Source: an uncultured Spirochaetota bacterium
GTDB taxonomy: Bacteria; Spirochaetota; Spirochaetia; SZUA-6; Fen-1364
Length of the DNA stretch: 64,000 nt
Reading direction: 5' to 3'
Assembly (NCBI GenBank): GCA_963781885.1
Contig: CAWAHW010000006.1
Span: 1 to 64,000, forward strand
A program made the position numbers and the translations under genes. The first letter of the stretch is position 1; each line of letters begins with the position of its first letter. Positions 31,911 through 43,014 of the stretch are shown here, piece by piece. The notes beneath the pieces were generated by a model, which was not told the origin of the DNA, searched no databases, and saw only the letters and a program-made list of their open reading frames with translations.

Positions 31911-32411
31911 CTAGAAGAGCTCCATTTGTTTGGCGATGTCTGCGGTCACGTACTTAAAGTAGCTTTCTGCTCCCAAAATACTGCTGCGCCGGACAAAGTA
32001 AGCCAGGGCGTCTTGAAAGGTACCATACTCAGTTGTGATCTGAGCATTTCGTTCTGAACGAAGGCCAGCATCTATCGCTTCGGGCGTTGCCGTATGCACG
32101 TGATGGACATAGTGATGATCGGGAAGATCCACGAAGTTGACATGTGCTGCATGAGGGCCGTTGCATCGCAAAAGAATAATACTGCCGGAACCGTCTTGTG
32201 GCATGTATTCTAGTCCAATCGAAAAGTTTTCAGGAAAGTCCTCACTCTGCCGAATGAATACGTGAAATCGATGCTGGCCGTCGGTTGAAGTGACCATCAT
32301 ATCATTGCGATACGATCTGCGCTCGAGAGTCATACTTCTCTTTGGAGGTTCGGAAATACTTTTAGCACAAGTAATTAGGTTCTCAAGCTCACTTTGTGAG
32401 TATGAACGCAT
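31911..32411 (-). CDS. DUF6978-like protein, partner of the DUF1828 gene
   Basis: LLRCNGPH..H.H motif; its stop abuts the next ATG. Confidence 0.6.
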   Translation of the reverse strand: MRSYSQSELENLITCAKSISEPPKRSMTLERRSYRNDMMVTSTDGQHRFHVFIRQSEDFPENFSIGLEYMPQDGSGSIILLRCNGPHAAHVNFVDLPDHHYVHHVHTATPEAIDAGLRSERNAQITTEYGTFQDALAYFVRRSSILGAESYFKYVTADIAKQMELF

Positions 32412-32661
32412 GCTTGCCCTCTATCGCTCGTGGAATAGCATACTTGAATTCCTTGTTTGATTCTATATGCCCTTATCGGTCTAAACCGACAGATTCTGAT
32501 CATCAACCCGCCGTTTTGAAGTCTGCTGAGCCATAACATAGAGTTGAGCACCCGGCCCGCATCAAAGGGCAGATTGTGTACCGAGACGTTGGCGGCCGAT
32601 TCAGGCCAAATTCTTGCCCGGAGTGCTCCAACGATTTGTTATGCATTCAACCTTCTGGCTG

Positions 32662-33228
32662 TCAGTCATCATTATCTCTTGCTGAAATTCTATTTCCTTC
32701 CGTTGCCGGCTCAATCTGCGTTCTCAAGGCTGCAAGGCGTTCCTTTGCTGTTCCGGTTTCACGTAGGCCAAGACCCTTTCTCATCTGACCGCCAAAGCTG
32801 TAATTGTTGCTGGCGCTTCCGTTCAGCAGCGTTGCTTCCTCGTCGGAGAGTATCACTACTTCAGTTTGGCTCATAATCTCATGGATGACTGCTTGGGAGA
32901 CAACTTTGGCACTGGTCTTGGCCTTCAATAGCTCATTGAAAGTGGCCTCAATAGGCCATATGTGCTCATACATTACCTTCGCTGGTTCCTTTTGATATTG
33001 AATCCAGGCCCTCTTGGTAAAGCGAAAGTATCTTTTGTACAGGTCGAACACCTTATAAGGCTCCTGGCTATCCATGTCGAATTCCGGATAGTGTCTTATC
33101 AGAGTCTTTATGGTGACTTTGAATGCTGGCTTTGACAGCGTTTCGGCATCATAGCTATTCAGTATTTCAAGAAGCAGCCTTTCGCACAGACTCTGATACG
33201 GTGTAATGGACGAAGAGGCAGTTTCCAA
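32662..33228 (-). CDS. Hypothetical protein (YEHIWP motif), copy 1
   Basis: Homolog at 49545-50070; AGGAG RBS before a TTG start. Confidence 0.65.
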   Translation of the reverse strand: METASSSITPYQSLCERLLLEILNSYDAETLSKPAFKVTIKTLIRHYPEFDMDSQEPYKVFDLYKRYFRFTKRAWIQYQKEPAKVMYEHIWPIEATFNELLKAKTSAKVVSQAVIHEIMSQTEVVILSDEEATLLNGSASNNYSFGGQMRKGLGLRETGTAKERLAALRTQIEPATEGNRISARDNDD

Positions 33229-33479
33229 ATGGCGTTCTCCTTGCAAGTTGAATCAAGCAAATCAGGTTAGCAGGATTCAACTCCTCCTTAAAGGGGAAGA
33301 AAAGCGATGCAGTCTACGTGAGGAAATTGCAGCCTTTTAGCAAAAAGCGTCACCTACTTCACTCTTGAATGCATAACATAGAGTTGACCAGCGCCGCCGT
33401 ATCAACCAGCACCACCCGACGATTAGGAAGAAGTTGGGTCTATCCAGATAAATTTCGAGGCGACTGGTCCAACGATTTG

Positions 33480-34256
33480 TTAGCCATTTGGCGTCACCTT
33501 CGCGCCGCAAAGCTTCAGCAATGCAAAGTTGCCTTCATAGAAGTCCCCTGTCTGAGTTGCCGATTGAATTCGTGCAAGGCCTTTCCGATATTCCTTTTCG
33601 CTCAGGAGATTCAGCTGTGACATATCGCGGTTTCTAGCTTCTTCCAGCAACGAAGTCAAAGGAAAAGCCTTTTCGGTGATGGTCGTGGTCAGTTCCACGC
33701 TGAAGCCGCACTTTGCGAATGCCTTTCGCAGATGATCATTGCTCCAGAATCTCTGCCTATCAATTTTCCGTGCACCTTTGAAGTAGTGGTATACCCATGA
33801 CAGCGGCATCGCTTCGGGACAAATGTTCTTCATTTGGAAAACCCCACCTGGCTTCAAAATGCGGTGGAATTGGCTAATGCAGCTGACCTTACCTTGGAAA
33901 TGATGAAATGCAAAATTGCAGGTGACGAAGTCGAACTGCTCGTTGGGATATGGCAGATCCGCGGCATCAGCGGTTGTCAATTCGATACCATTTGCCAGCT
34001 TGGCCTTCGAAATAGAAAGCATGTCCAGAGACAGATCGCAGCCGTGCCACTTTATCCGCTTGTCGGGGAAATACTCTGTCTGGGCGAGGAGAAAGTTGCC
34101 AGTGCCGCAAGCAACATCCAGTATCAATATGGTTTTGTTTGTAGAAGAAAGAAGCCTACCTATGTGCGGCTCGGGGTCGTATTGAAGGCGAATGGGGTTC
34201 TTGTCGTAGACTTTTGCTATCGCCGAGTAGTCCGCAGTTTTCAAGAAGTTCTCCAT
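33480..34256 (-). CDS. Class I SAM-dependent methyltransferase (copy 1)
   Basis: ILDVACGTG, AFHHF and RILKPGG motifs. Confidence 0.9.
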   Translation of the reverse strand: MENFLKTADYSAIAKVYDKNPIRLQYDPEPHIGRLLSSTNKTILILDVACGTGNFLLAQTEYFPDKRIKWHGCDLSLDMLSISKAKLANGIELTTADAADLPYPNEQFDFVTCNFAFHHFQGKVSCISQFHRILKPGGVFQMKNICPEAMPLSWVYHYFKGARKIDRQRFWSNDHLRKAFAKCGFSVELTTTITEKAFPLTSLLEEARNRDMSQLNLLSEKEYRKGLARIQSATQTGDFYEGNFALLKLCGAKVTPNG

Positions 34257-34261
34257 TCCAA

Positions 34262-35580
34262 TGTCCTAACTAACACATCGTTGACACTTTTCGCAGCACA
34301 TCCTAACAGTTATCTCGCTGCCCTAACCAAGCGGCCGAGCTCATCCTGGATGCGCAGCTGCCGCTCGTCAAGATAGCCTAACAGGGTGTCGCGGTAATAC
34401 ACGCGCCACTTGCCCTTCACGATCTGCTCCAGTCCGACGTACTTCTCGATCAGCGTTGTGCTGACGACGACCCACTTGCTGGAGCCCCAGCGGATTGCCC
34501 CGTTGCGGCAAACGTATTTCGTGCACATGCCTTCTGGATACTTCCAGGTCCTAGTTATGCGTGGAAGGCGGCGAGGGGAGTGGCGGTAGAACTCCTTGGG
34601 CCTCCTCTGTCCCAGCGTCTGATGAGGACGCTGCACGTTGTAGAAATGACGAAAGGCGTCGAACTTGTGTTGCTGCTGGACCAGGCTGTAGGCGGCCGGC
34701 TTTGTGGCCTCAGCCTTTAGCTCTTCGTGCATCCGCTCGTGACTACCGTTCTGCTCGGGGTGAGCCGGGTCAGAATAGACCGGCTGGATCCCCAGATCCA
34801 TGAGCCAGACGGCAAGCCGCGTAAGCCGCGAGAGGCTCACCCCACTGGCGAAGGGCTCTCCGTTGTCACTGTGGATCTGTTTGGGCAAACCGTACTTCTT
34901 GAAAAGGGCCTCAAATACGGCCTTTGTGCCCTCATATGTGGGATTATGCATTCCCACCACCGCCAGCACAAAGCGGCTGTAGGCGTCCATGACGGTCAGC
35001 GGGTAGCAGTAGCGCCCGTCGCCCATGCGGAACTTCCCTTTGAAGTCCACGCTCCAGATCTCGTTGGGGGCCTTCGCCTCAAAGATCGGGTGCATCTCTC
35101 GAATGCGACGAACGCGGCGCCGCTTCTTGACTAGGCCATAGCGTTTGAGCACCAAGGCGATCGTCGCCACCGAAGGCACCTTCCGCCGACCACCATACCT
35201 CTCCGTGAGCAGCTGAAAGATCTTCAGCGGACCCATGCGAGGCCACCTGCCTCGTATTCGTATGATTGCCCGCTCGATGCTCGGTGCAGTGCGGTTCCAC
35301 ACCCGCCGCGGAGCCCGCGATTGCTCCTTGAGTCCCGCTACACCCCGCAACAGATAGCGCAGTATGTAGCGGTAACCTAAAGTACGGGAGATACCATAAG
35401 ATTTGCACAGAGCAGTGAACGTGTGCTGGCCTGACTCCCACTCAAGAACGAAACTAGCCTTTTCGTCCATCGCTGACCGTTCCCTCCAGGGCATCCCGCT
35501 CTCCTCTCGGAGAAAACGTCGCCCAAAAAAGTGTCAACGATGTGCTTAGAATTCTGTCAACGATGTGCTTAGACAGGACC
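34262..35580 (-). mobile_element. IS481-family element A with intact transposase 34310-35494
   Basis: CCAA target duplication; the empty site is visible in the paralogous cassette at ~57948-57962. Confidence 0.95.
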
Positions 35581-35697
35581 CCAATATGGCTAACATAGAG
35601 TTGACCAGCGCCGCCGCATCATCCAGCCCCACCCCGACGATTAGGACAAGGTTGGGTCTAAACAGACAAATTCTCAGGCGACTGGTCCAACGATTTG

Positions 35698-36369
35698 TTA
35701 TAGGGCGTCTTGATTCTGAAGATATCCAAGCTTTTCTAGACTGGACCGGTTGTTCTCAATATCTTTTAGGGTTCCATTCACCAATACATTGATCCTTGAA
35801 GATATGCCTTGGACGTTGAGATAGAGATGATCACTTATCAGGACTATCTTCCCGATACTGGCTTGGCGGATGCGATCTTGAAGTACTTCGCAATATAGCG
35901 GTTCTATCTGCGAAAAAGGTTCGTCCAATAGGTAAATGTCTCTATCCAAAGACAAAGCAATCAGACACTCAACGTACCGAATCTCGCCTACGGAGAGAAC
36001 GCGGGCACGTTTTTTCAATAGGAATCTGGCTCTTGAATCAGCTTCTAGAATGGACCAATTGCCGAGTCTGCCTAAAATCAGTTTTGCGCTCTGCTCAAGA
36101 CGTAGATCGAAAGGAAGAAAGCTGTTCTGTGGCAGATAGCCTATATGCTTTGGCGCAGCGTTCTTGTTGATATGTTTTCCATTAATACGCATCAAGCCGT
36201 TCGATGATCTATGCTGTCCAAGCAAACACTTGTAAAGGGTTGATTTACCGGAACCGTTTCGACCGAGAATGCCAATTATGTCACCGTCCCTTGCTTCGAG
36301 GTAGACATTTGAAAGTACCCTTCGTTGATCGAATGCTATTGATAAGCTGTCCACGTAGAGAGAGCTCAT
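35698..36369 (-). CDS. ABC transporter ATP-binding protein
   Basis: GRNGSGKST, LSVGE, LLDEP and SDH motifs. Confidence 0.88.
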   Translation of the reverse strand: MSSLYVDSLSIAFDQRRVLSNVYLEARDGDIIGILGRNGSGKSTLYKCLLGQHRSSNGLMRINGKHINKNAAPKHIGYLPQNSFLPFDLRLEQSAKLILGRLGNWSILEADSRARFLLKKRARVLSVGEIRYVECLIALSLDRDIYLLDEPFSQIEPLYCEVLQDRIRQASIGKIVLISDHLYLNVQGISSRINVLVNGTLKDIENNRSSLEKLGYLQNQDAL

Positions 36370-36704
36370 TGACGAAACAGCCCCATGAGGGTGGATCCAG
36401 CAAATCCAAATAGACTCGCAATCGGAACTATCAATAAGAAGCCAGATGCGAAAACAGTGTGAAAGTGCATTCCACGGACTATATAAATGGACAGTTCCCT
36501 TCTGCAGAGCCAAGTGTATAGCAATACCGAGAAAGCATAGCCAATAGTGCATGCGATAAGTAGGAAGCCAATGCCCACCTCAGATACAATCGTGGTCCAG
36601 TCTGTCCCCGAGCGGTGGGCAATCCATAGCAAAGAGGCGCCGGCAGCGGATACGGGCACGTCGTAGGAGAGAATACGCTTGATGTAATGCCAGATCAGCC
36701 GCAT
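36366..36704 (-). CDS. Small membrane protein
   Basis: 3 hydrophobic segments; ATGA overlap with the ABC ATPase. Confidence 0.7.
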   Translation of the reverse strand: MRLIWHYIKRILSYDVPVSAAGASLLWIAHRSGTDWTTIVSEVGIGFLLIACTIGYAFSVLLYTWLCRRELSIYIVRGMHFHTVFASGFLLIVPIASLFGFAGSTLMGLFRQ

Positions 36705-36875
36705 GGCTCAGTAACGCCCCCGATGTGACGCCCTATAACATGGAGTTGAGCACCCGGCCCGCATCAGACAAAAACCACAAAGACTGGCACCGGAAGCGGG
36801 TCTATTGGAGCAGATTCTTAGCCCGGAGTGCTCCAACGATTTGTTATGTCCAATCTATTTTCAAATGGCGTTAGG

Positions 36876-37292
36876 TCATCCGTTAGTTCGTTCTGTGTTC
36901 TTCATTATTTCCCAAAACTGTCTTGGCTGTATGATCGGAATGCCTTTGTGCTTCTTGAGTACTAGCAAGTCCTCATCCCCAGTAATGATGTAATCTGCCA
37001 ACGCTTGTTCAGCAAGGGCAATGATATGGTCATCATTTTGATCCCTTGAAATGCGTTTGCCTAGCGGTTTGACATGAAAAACAGTTGAATGCTCTTTTAG
37101 GTATTCAAGGGTGTCTTGGATAGTTTGAGGTGGAACTTTTAGCTTCCGTTTCAACGCGTCAGCTATCTCGTTAAGTATTTCCGAACTCAGGTATAGATCT
37201 TGCTGGTCCAGGCACATCTCAAATACAGCATGACATAGTCCCTGCGTGGCGAATGCTGCAACTATCACGTTTGTGTCTAGCACAACTTTCAT
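36876..37292 (-). CDS. PIN-domain toxin
   Basis: VVLDTNV, DDHII and ITGDEDLL motifs. Confidence 0.92.
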   Translation of the reverse strand: MKVVLDTNVIVAAFATQGLCHAVFEMCLDQQDLYLSSEILNEIADALKRKLKVPPQTIQDTLEYLKEHSTVFHVKPLGKRISRDQNDDHIIALAEQALADYIITGDEDLLVLKKHKGIPIIQPRQFWEIMKNTERTNG

Positions 37293-37507
37293 GATATGGT
37301 GCGAAAGACATCCTCGTCCGTAAGGATTCCTTGTGCTCCAGCAAAAGGTAGAACAGTGTTGCGGAGCCGCCGAAAGTTATAGACTGAGACAAATTTCTGA
37401 ATTGACTCCCGAACAAGGTCGCTTATGGGTTTAGCTTCGTTGTCGCTTATTTGCTGCAGTTCTTTCCGCAATTCATCGGGCAGCCGTACTGTAACCGCTT
37501 GTTTCAT
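37289..37507 (-). CDS. Ribbon-helix-helix (CopG-like) antitoxin
   Basis: VTVRLPDEL..SDLVRE; upstream TTGACA-17-TACGTT. Confidence 0.85.
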   Translation of the reverse strand: MKQAVTVRLPDELRKELQQISDNEAKPISDLVRESIQKFVSVYNFRRLRNTVLPFAGAQGILTDEDVFRTIS

Positions 37508-37828
37508 GGGTCACCTCGTACCCGTAACGTACTACGTTGTCATACATTTGTCAAGTATTCCAGCTTGCTTCCCGCCTATCGAGGTAAAGATATCAATCTG
37601 CCCGAAATGTATCAGAAAGGTGGTTTTCTCAATCAAATTTGTACGAAAACAGACTCTGATTGGACATAACACAGAGTTCAGTACCCGGCCCGCATCAGAA
37701 CGGCACCACAGAGATTTGCACCGGCCGCGGGTCTATTCGACAAGATTCTAGCCCGGAGTACTGCAACGATTTGTTATGCGGACCCTCTTTCCTATAGTTC
37801 TTGGTTTCATTCTACGTGTTTGCCACAG

Positions 37829-38269
37829 TCATCTATTCAGACAATCATTCAACTGAATTTCCATGTTCTTAAGATTCAAGTCATCGTTTCTCTTTAATAT
37901 GGAGGCTATCACGGCCTCCCGATGCTTGTTGTCTGCATGCAGTTCAAATTCGTTTGTCCACCTCAACAGTGTTCCTTCACTACAGTCCGATAGTCTCTGA
38001 ATAGACAGTTGGTAGATGAAAGGAGGCATGGGCTGCCTTCGTTGGATGATTATGGCAAAAGCTTCTGGGATAGTAATCCTTTCTATCTCAACGTCACCTA
38101 TTCCTTCTACCTTTGAAACAGACCGCATAAGTCGGTCATTGTGAAATAGTACGGTGGTGTTGCGTCCAAAGTTAGGATCAATGGCCTTCATAAAGTCAAT
38201 TGACGCGATCTGTTTGAAAACTGCTTCTTTGGGAAAGCTGAATAGCACTTGTTCTTCAATTCTCGGCAT
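37829..38269 (-). CDS. SRPBCC/START-like protein (copy 2)
   Basis: Duplicate of the 28172-28612 cassette. Confidence 0.6.
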   Translation of the reverse strand: MPRIEEQVLFSFPKEAVFKQIASIDFMKAIDPNFGRNTTVLFHNDRLMRSVSKVEGIGDVEIERITIPEAFAIIIQRRQPMPPFIYQLSIQRLSDCSEGTLLRWTNEFELHADNKHREAVIASILKRNDDLNLKNMEIQLNDCLNR

Positions 38270-38582
38270 AAAATCCTCCCGTGGATTGTCTATGCCTTTC
38301 CTGGCGGACGACGTTTGCTATCTGGGAAGGCTACTATTATTACACGATTGGCCGCTTCTTGTCAATGCGCAGACGGTCGGGAGGAGTATCTGGCCTCGAT
38401 TTGGCGCTTTTCGATATTACTTTCAGAGGTGATCTGCTGATCAACTCCGTCGGTAGATCGGCACATTGGGGCCGCATAACATAGAGTTGAGCACCCGGCC
38501 CGCATCAGACAAAGATCACAAAGATTGGCTCCGGAAGCGGGTCTATTGGAGCAAATTCAGCCTGGAGTGCTCCAACGATTTG

Positions 38583-39266
38583 TTAGGTGCAAAGGATTTC
38601 TGCGATGCAATTTAAGTGCTTTAGGACAAGAATAGTGGCTAAGGATGCAAAGGCAACGAACCAGACAAGCGATGCACCAAGTGCAATACCCATGTCGATC
38701 TTCATTAAGCCGCCGCGGACTTCGTTCAACTTATGAGCGCTGTGTATGGCACAGTTAGGCTCGGGATACCGCTCATTCCCAAAATATACAACTCCCTTGT
38801 CTTCCTCTAGAAGTGTAGCTCCGCCTGGGTATCTATCGACGTGCGGTGAAGGTTTGCCGAAGATATGAGATTCCAAAACAAAGTATTGGAGGGGAATGCC
38901 TTTTTGGGCGAGTTTGAATTCTATAGCCCGAAGGGATCGCCTGCAAAACTCAAGAAAGTGATGTTCCTTTCGAATAAGCCGGTTCCAAGTTATTGATATG
39001 AAGATCCCGATGACGGCAACGCCTGTCGCGATAAGGAGTTGATATTCTTCAATTGGGGGTTTTGATAAAGTTGCAAGGAAGCCGACAAAAAGCGCCGCTT
39101 GAATCCCCATCATTAGTATTTGGACTCTTTGGAAATAGACATCGGTCTGCTTTTTCCATATCTCCAAATTTGTGTTGTAGGCTTGTATAAGAACCTCCTC
39201 ATTACAGTCAGACTCATTCTGCATGCGCCTTCGTCTAATTTGAGCGCTTTTTGTCTTTGTGAGCAT
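38583..39266 (-). CDS. Hypothetical 3-TM membrane protein
   Basis: Two adjacent TM helices plus a C-terminal TM; stop codon in the attC core. Confidence 0.65.
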   Translation of the reverse strand: MLTKTKSAQIRRRRMQNESDCNEEVLIQAYNTNLEIWKKQTDVYFQRVQILMMGIQAALFVGFLATLSKPPIEEYQLLIATGVAVIGIFISITWNRLIRKEHHFLEFCRRSLRAIEFKLAQKGIPLQYFVLESHIFGKPSPHVDRYPGGATLLEEDKGVVYFGNERYPEPNCAIHSAHKLNEVRGGLMKIDMGIALGASLVWFVAFASLATILVLKHLNCIAEILCT

Positions 39267-39747
39267 AGGACAACTCCTTAGGTTTTTGGTTTCTCACATT
39301 AATTTGGAAGGCGCGTTTGTCCGCTATTGGGCGGCCTATGCGGCAGAAGCATGGGACATTGCGTTGCGAAATATTGGCTGGCGTAGTCGCTTGGCGGGAA
39401 TATGCAAGTTGCCGACTATTCGCCTTTGCACCTAACATAGAGTTGACCAGCGCCGCCGCATCAAACAGCCCCACCCGACGATTAGGAAAAAGTTGGGTCT
39501 GAACAGGCAAATTCCAAGGCGACTGGTCCAACGATTTGTTACACGCCCCTCTATTTTTTGCACCTTACTACTATTGAGGCTTGTATTTCCTGACACCTTT
39601 TAATAAACCATGGACAACTCCGCAAACAATGCGGTACGCTGTTTTCGCTCGTTTCGTGGCAAGAGCGCGCTAGTCTTACACGGATATTTAGCGAGCTTTA
39701 GTTGAGAGTGTCAAAAATGCAACACGACCCGCTGCTGACTGTGGTTC

Positions 39748-40125
39748 TTATAGTCCTTTTCGAAGGGCAATCTCAATTGCCTTAAGCACAACTTTGCTGG
39801 AGTACGAGGCGTCCGAAATGGCATCAACTTGTAAGGATTGTTGCGCTATCACTTCGGGAATAATGGCATCTGCGCCATGGTTCGGCCCATGGTTATGTTC
39901 TAGTAGTTGAATACTGTTTACTCTGCCTCCACTTACTGAGACACTGACCTTTGCAGTCACCATCCAGTTGTCTTGGAGACCTTCATATTGTCCATCCCTA
40001 ATAGTTGAAAAATCTAGATTTGCGATTTCAAGAGCCTTGATAGCTGCAAGATTCTTGCAGCTTGAAATCGAAAGGATTGTCAGAAGAGAAAGCAAGGAAA
40101 TTACTAGAGCTTTAGCCTTTGACAT
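39748..40125 (-). CDS. FMN-binding domain lipoprotein
   Basis: DGQYEG and VDAISDASYSS (variant of VD.xSGAT.SS); lipobox ISSC. Confidence 0.82.
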   Translation of the reverse strand: MSKAKALVISLLSLLTILSISSCKNLAAIKALEIANLDFSTIRDGQYEGLQDNWMVTAKVSVSVSGGRVNSIQLLEHNHGPNHGADAIIPEVIAQQSLQVDAISDASYSSKVVLKAIEIALRKGL

Positions 40126-40493
40126 ATGTCCTCCGGTGGTGCGACGCAATGTTTCGGTCTTCCTCATTGAGGCTTCTTGTCGGTGTCTACTAAATGTAAC
40201 ACCTCTTGCCAATGAATCTGTTTCCTCTCGAAGAATGCACCTCGGCGTGGTGTTTCCGCATTGAAAAAGGCGAACTTATGAGAAGGTACTATGTCCGGGG
40301 CAAAAGCGCTAGCTATTGCCGAAAGGGTGCATCTGACGATTCGAGGTATTTGGGGCGTGTAACATAGAGTTGACCAGCGCCGCCGCATCAGCCGGCACCG
40401 CCCCGACGATTAGGATGAAGTTGGGTCTATCCAGACGAAATTTTCAGGCGACTGGTCCAACGATTTGTTAGCGTCTTCAGAGATCCTTGGAGC

Positions 40494-41312
40494 CTATTGA
40501 AGTTGAGCATATAGATCTTGAAGGCAATAATAGAAGGCTCTATGGGCTTTGACCTTACCAATTGGCGTATCGAGAAAGCCAATATTGTTGCCGTCGTATC
40601 CAATCAGGACAATTTTGCCCGCAACGCTAGATTTGTCTGTGTTCTTTTGAACTAAGCTATAAAATGGTATGTAGTCAAGCTTGTCTTCGCGAGGATAGCG
40701 CACAGATATTTCACCGAATTCATTTATGCTTGCCTTTTTGTTTCCATTTGCCAGATATCTGCCATCTATTTGTAAGCTAGGCAAAGCATATTGAAGTACA
40801 GAGAGCCATAGGGTTTTGTAGATCCTGTTTTGGTATCTCTCAAACATTGGCACAAGATCAGCCTTTCGCATGTCAACAAAACCCACATCATACGCGTTTC
40901 TGCCGAATGCCTCTAGTGGCATCCAACCGCGATTACCAGCCATTGTTCTTTTGGGAACATTTGACAGCTGAATAGAGAATTTCGGGTCTATGGGATTTGG
41001 ATGCGCTTCAGAATCGTTAAGGCAAGCTTGCAGGAATACAGGTATGCCATTCATTGAGTTTGCAAAAGCATCATCCCCCACGGCATCTTTATGTTGATCC
41101 AGGAAATACTTCATTACGACGGCTTTGGCGCTATATTCTTTAAGAACGGATACCGCAGATGCCCATTGAGTCCTACTCGGCGGAAATGGGCCGAGATGGG
41201 TTTCGGTTTGGGCATCATACATGACCATGACGAAAGGGCTCTCGGCGAAAAGATAGGATAGTGACAAGAACGCGACTACTGTCGATAGAATCACTTTTAA
41301 AGACCTACTCAA
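40494..41312 (-). CDS. Secreted CHASE2-like domain protein
   Basis: Signal peptide; FPPSR..A, AKAVVM..F and GKIVLIG..TPIG motifs. Confidence 0.7.
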   Translation of the reverse strand: MSRSLKVILSTVVAFLSLSYLFAESPFVMVMYDAQTETHLGPFPPSRTQWASAVSVLKEYSAKAVVMKYFLDQHKDAVGDDAFANSMNGIPVFLQACLNDSEAHPNPIDPKFSIQLSNVPKRTMAGNRGWMPLEAFGRNAYDVGFVDMRKADLVPMFERYQNRIYKTLWLSVLQYALPSLQIDGRYLANGNKKASINEFGEISVRYPREDKLDYIPFYSLVQKNTDKSSVAGKIVLIGYDGNNIGFLDTPIGKVKAHRAFYYCLQDLYAQLQ

Positions 41313-41670
41313 TGGGAATCCTCCTTAGGTAAGATTTGGTCAGTTTTGAATGACGCTAACATAGAGTTGACCAGCGCCGCCGCATCAAGCGGCCCAAACC
41401 CGACGACTAGGAAGACGTTGGGTCTATCCAGAAAAATCTAAGGCGACTGGTCCAACGATTTGTTATGCGTTCATTTTTCTGGAGACATCATAATGCACGA
41501 TATCCTTGATTGACTATCTAAACGTAGGCCCTGCAAAAAAGCAATCTATTTACGTCTTAAGATCGCATTCGAGTCGCCGAAGCGCGGCTTCGTAGGAAAG
41601 CTGCGCCTACTTTCAGCCTAAATGATGTAGAGGAAGAGACGGATATTGCCGGATGTCTCTGCCTAAATCA

Positions 41671-42099
41671 TTAATGGCCAACAGGATTCGTAGTCCACGT
41701 TACGGACTTGAATTTGCCATCTTGAATGATGGTGATGATTTTTAGCAAGCCCCAGTTAGAAAAGCCGCCGTTGTCCTTAATTGCAAAGACTCCAGTCACG
41801 TTCACTCCACTAACATTCAATTCAAGAAGTGTTAATTGTGTTTTTAAAGGAAAAATTGTAGTGGTAAAGAAACTAAGCAACTTCTTGACTCCTTTGGGTT
41901 GGCCCCATGCAGTTATTAGCTGCCCGTCATCGGCAAAGTAGCTCGTTGCCTTTTCGGCTTGTGCGTTGTTGATGGCATCAAACAGCCCATTTACAATCGC
42001 AGTAGGATCAGTAGCTTGCGCTAACGCATCATCTGCGAACAAATGTACGGAAAAAAACGACGCAAGCAGTAGGATAAGAATGGTAGTGCGCTTTTTCAT
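41671..42099 (-). CDS. Secreted NTF2/SnoaL-like protein
   Basis: Signal peptide; FDAIN..YFADD. Confidence 0.65.
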   Translation of the reverse strand: MKKRTTILILLLASFFSVHLFADDALAQATDPTAIVNGLFDAINNAQAEKATSYFADDGQLITAWGQPKGVKKLLSFFTTTIFPLKTQLTLLELNVSGVNVTGVFAIKDNGGFSNWGLLKIITIIQDGKFKSVTWTTNPVGH

Positions 42100-42438
42100 C
42101 TGTCTTCTCCTTTTTTCTGACGTTTGGTTGTGGCCTTTGGAGTTCTGCTACAAGAAATTGTATGTCGATCTCTCTTAACGATGCAAGATCCCTATGAACG
42201 CATAACATAGAGTTGAGCACCCGGCCCGCATCAGAGCGCGACATTGTGTACGCGGACATTGGCGGCTTAATGAGGCAGATTCTAGCCCGGAGTGCTCCAA
42301 CGATTTGTTAGGTTGGCTGCGCATTAAGAGCGGCTCAACTTTTCGCTGGTTCACCTGCGTTGAACGGTATGTGCGAATGTCCATGGCTCTTCTACCCGCC
42401 CATTGACCCAACAGTCTGTAAGTCATTATGGTTGCTTT

Positions 42439-43014
42439 ATGATCTATGCAGTCATTACAGTTGCTTCCTGGGTCGTTTTCATTATCTTTTGGTTAGTCAA
42501 CGCTCCGAAAACTAAGAAGGACACTACCCGTCAAGGTTCATGGTTGACTGCACTTGCCATACGCGTTGGGATAGTCGTTGCAGTTATCTTGCTCCTCCGG
42601 GTGCCCGCCGGTCGTCAACTGCTGCAAAGGAGCCGTGTTCTATTTTCTTACTCAATCCCGGAATTTGGCATCGTGGGTGCGGCTTTGTGCGTCGTTGGCG
42701 TTGCCATTGCTGTTTGGGCAAGGGCCTGCCTGGGCGCTAACTGGAGCTCGCGACCGTCTTTAAAGGCCGACCATGTACTGATCACATCTGGTCCCTACCA
42801 CCTTATCCGTCATCCAATCTACACCGGAATGCTTTTAGCCGCTCTTGGGACGGCGATAGATGTGGGGATTATCGGTCTTGTGATCTTTGTCGTGGTAGCA
42901 GTTGTCTTAATTCGGCGCATCTCAGTCGAGGAGAAGCTGATGATGGGGCTTTTCCAAGAGCAGTACTCATCTTACAAACGCCGCACCAAGGCGTTGATAC
43001 CGTTTGTCGTGTGA
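42439..43014 (+). CDS. Isoprenylcysteine carboxylmethyltransferase family protein (reverse-oriented cassette)
   Basis: LGANWS, LITSGPY..IRHPIY and EEKLM motifs. Confidence 0.9.
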   Translation: MIYAVITVASWVVFIIFWLVNAPKTKKDTTRQGSWLTALAIRVGIVVAVILLLRVPAGRQLLQRSRVLFSYSIPEFGIVGAALCVVGVAIAVWARACLGANWSSRPSLKADHVLITSGPYHLIRHPIYTGMLLAALGTAIDVGIIGLVIFVVVAVVLIRRISVEEKLMMGLFQEQYSSYKRRTKALIPFVV

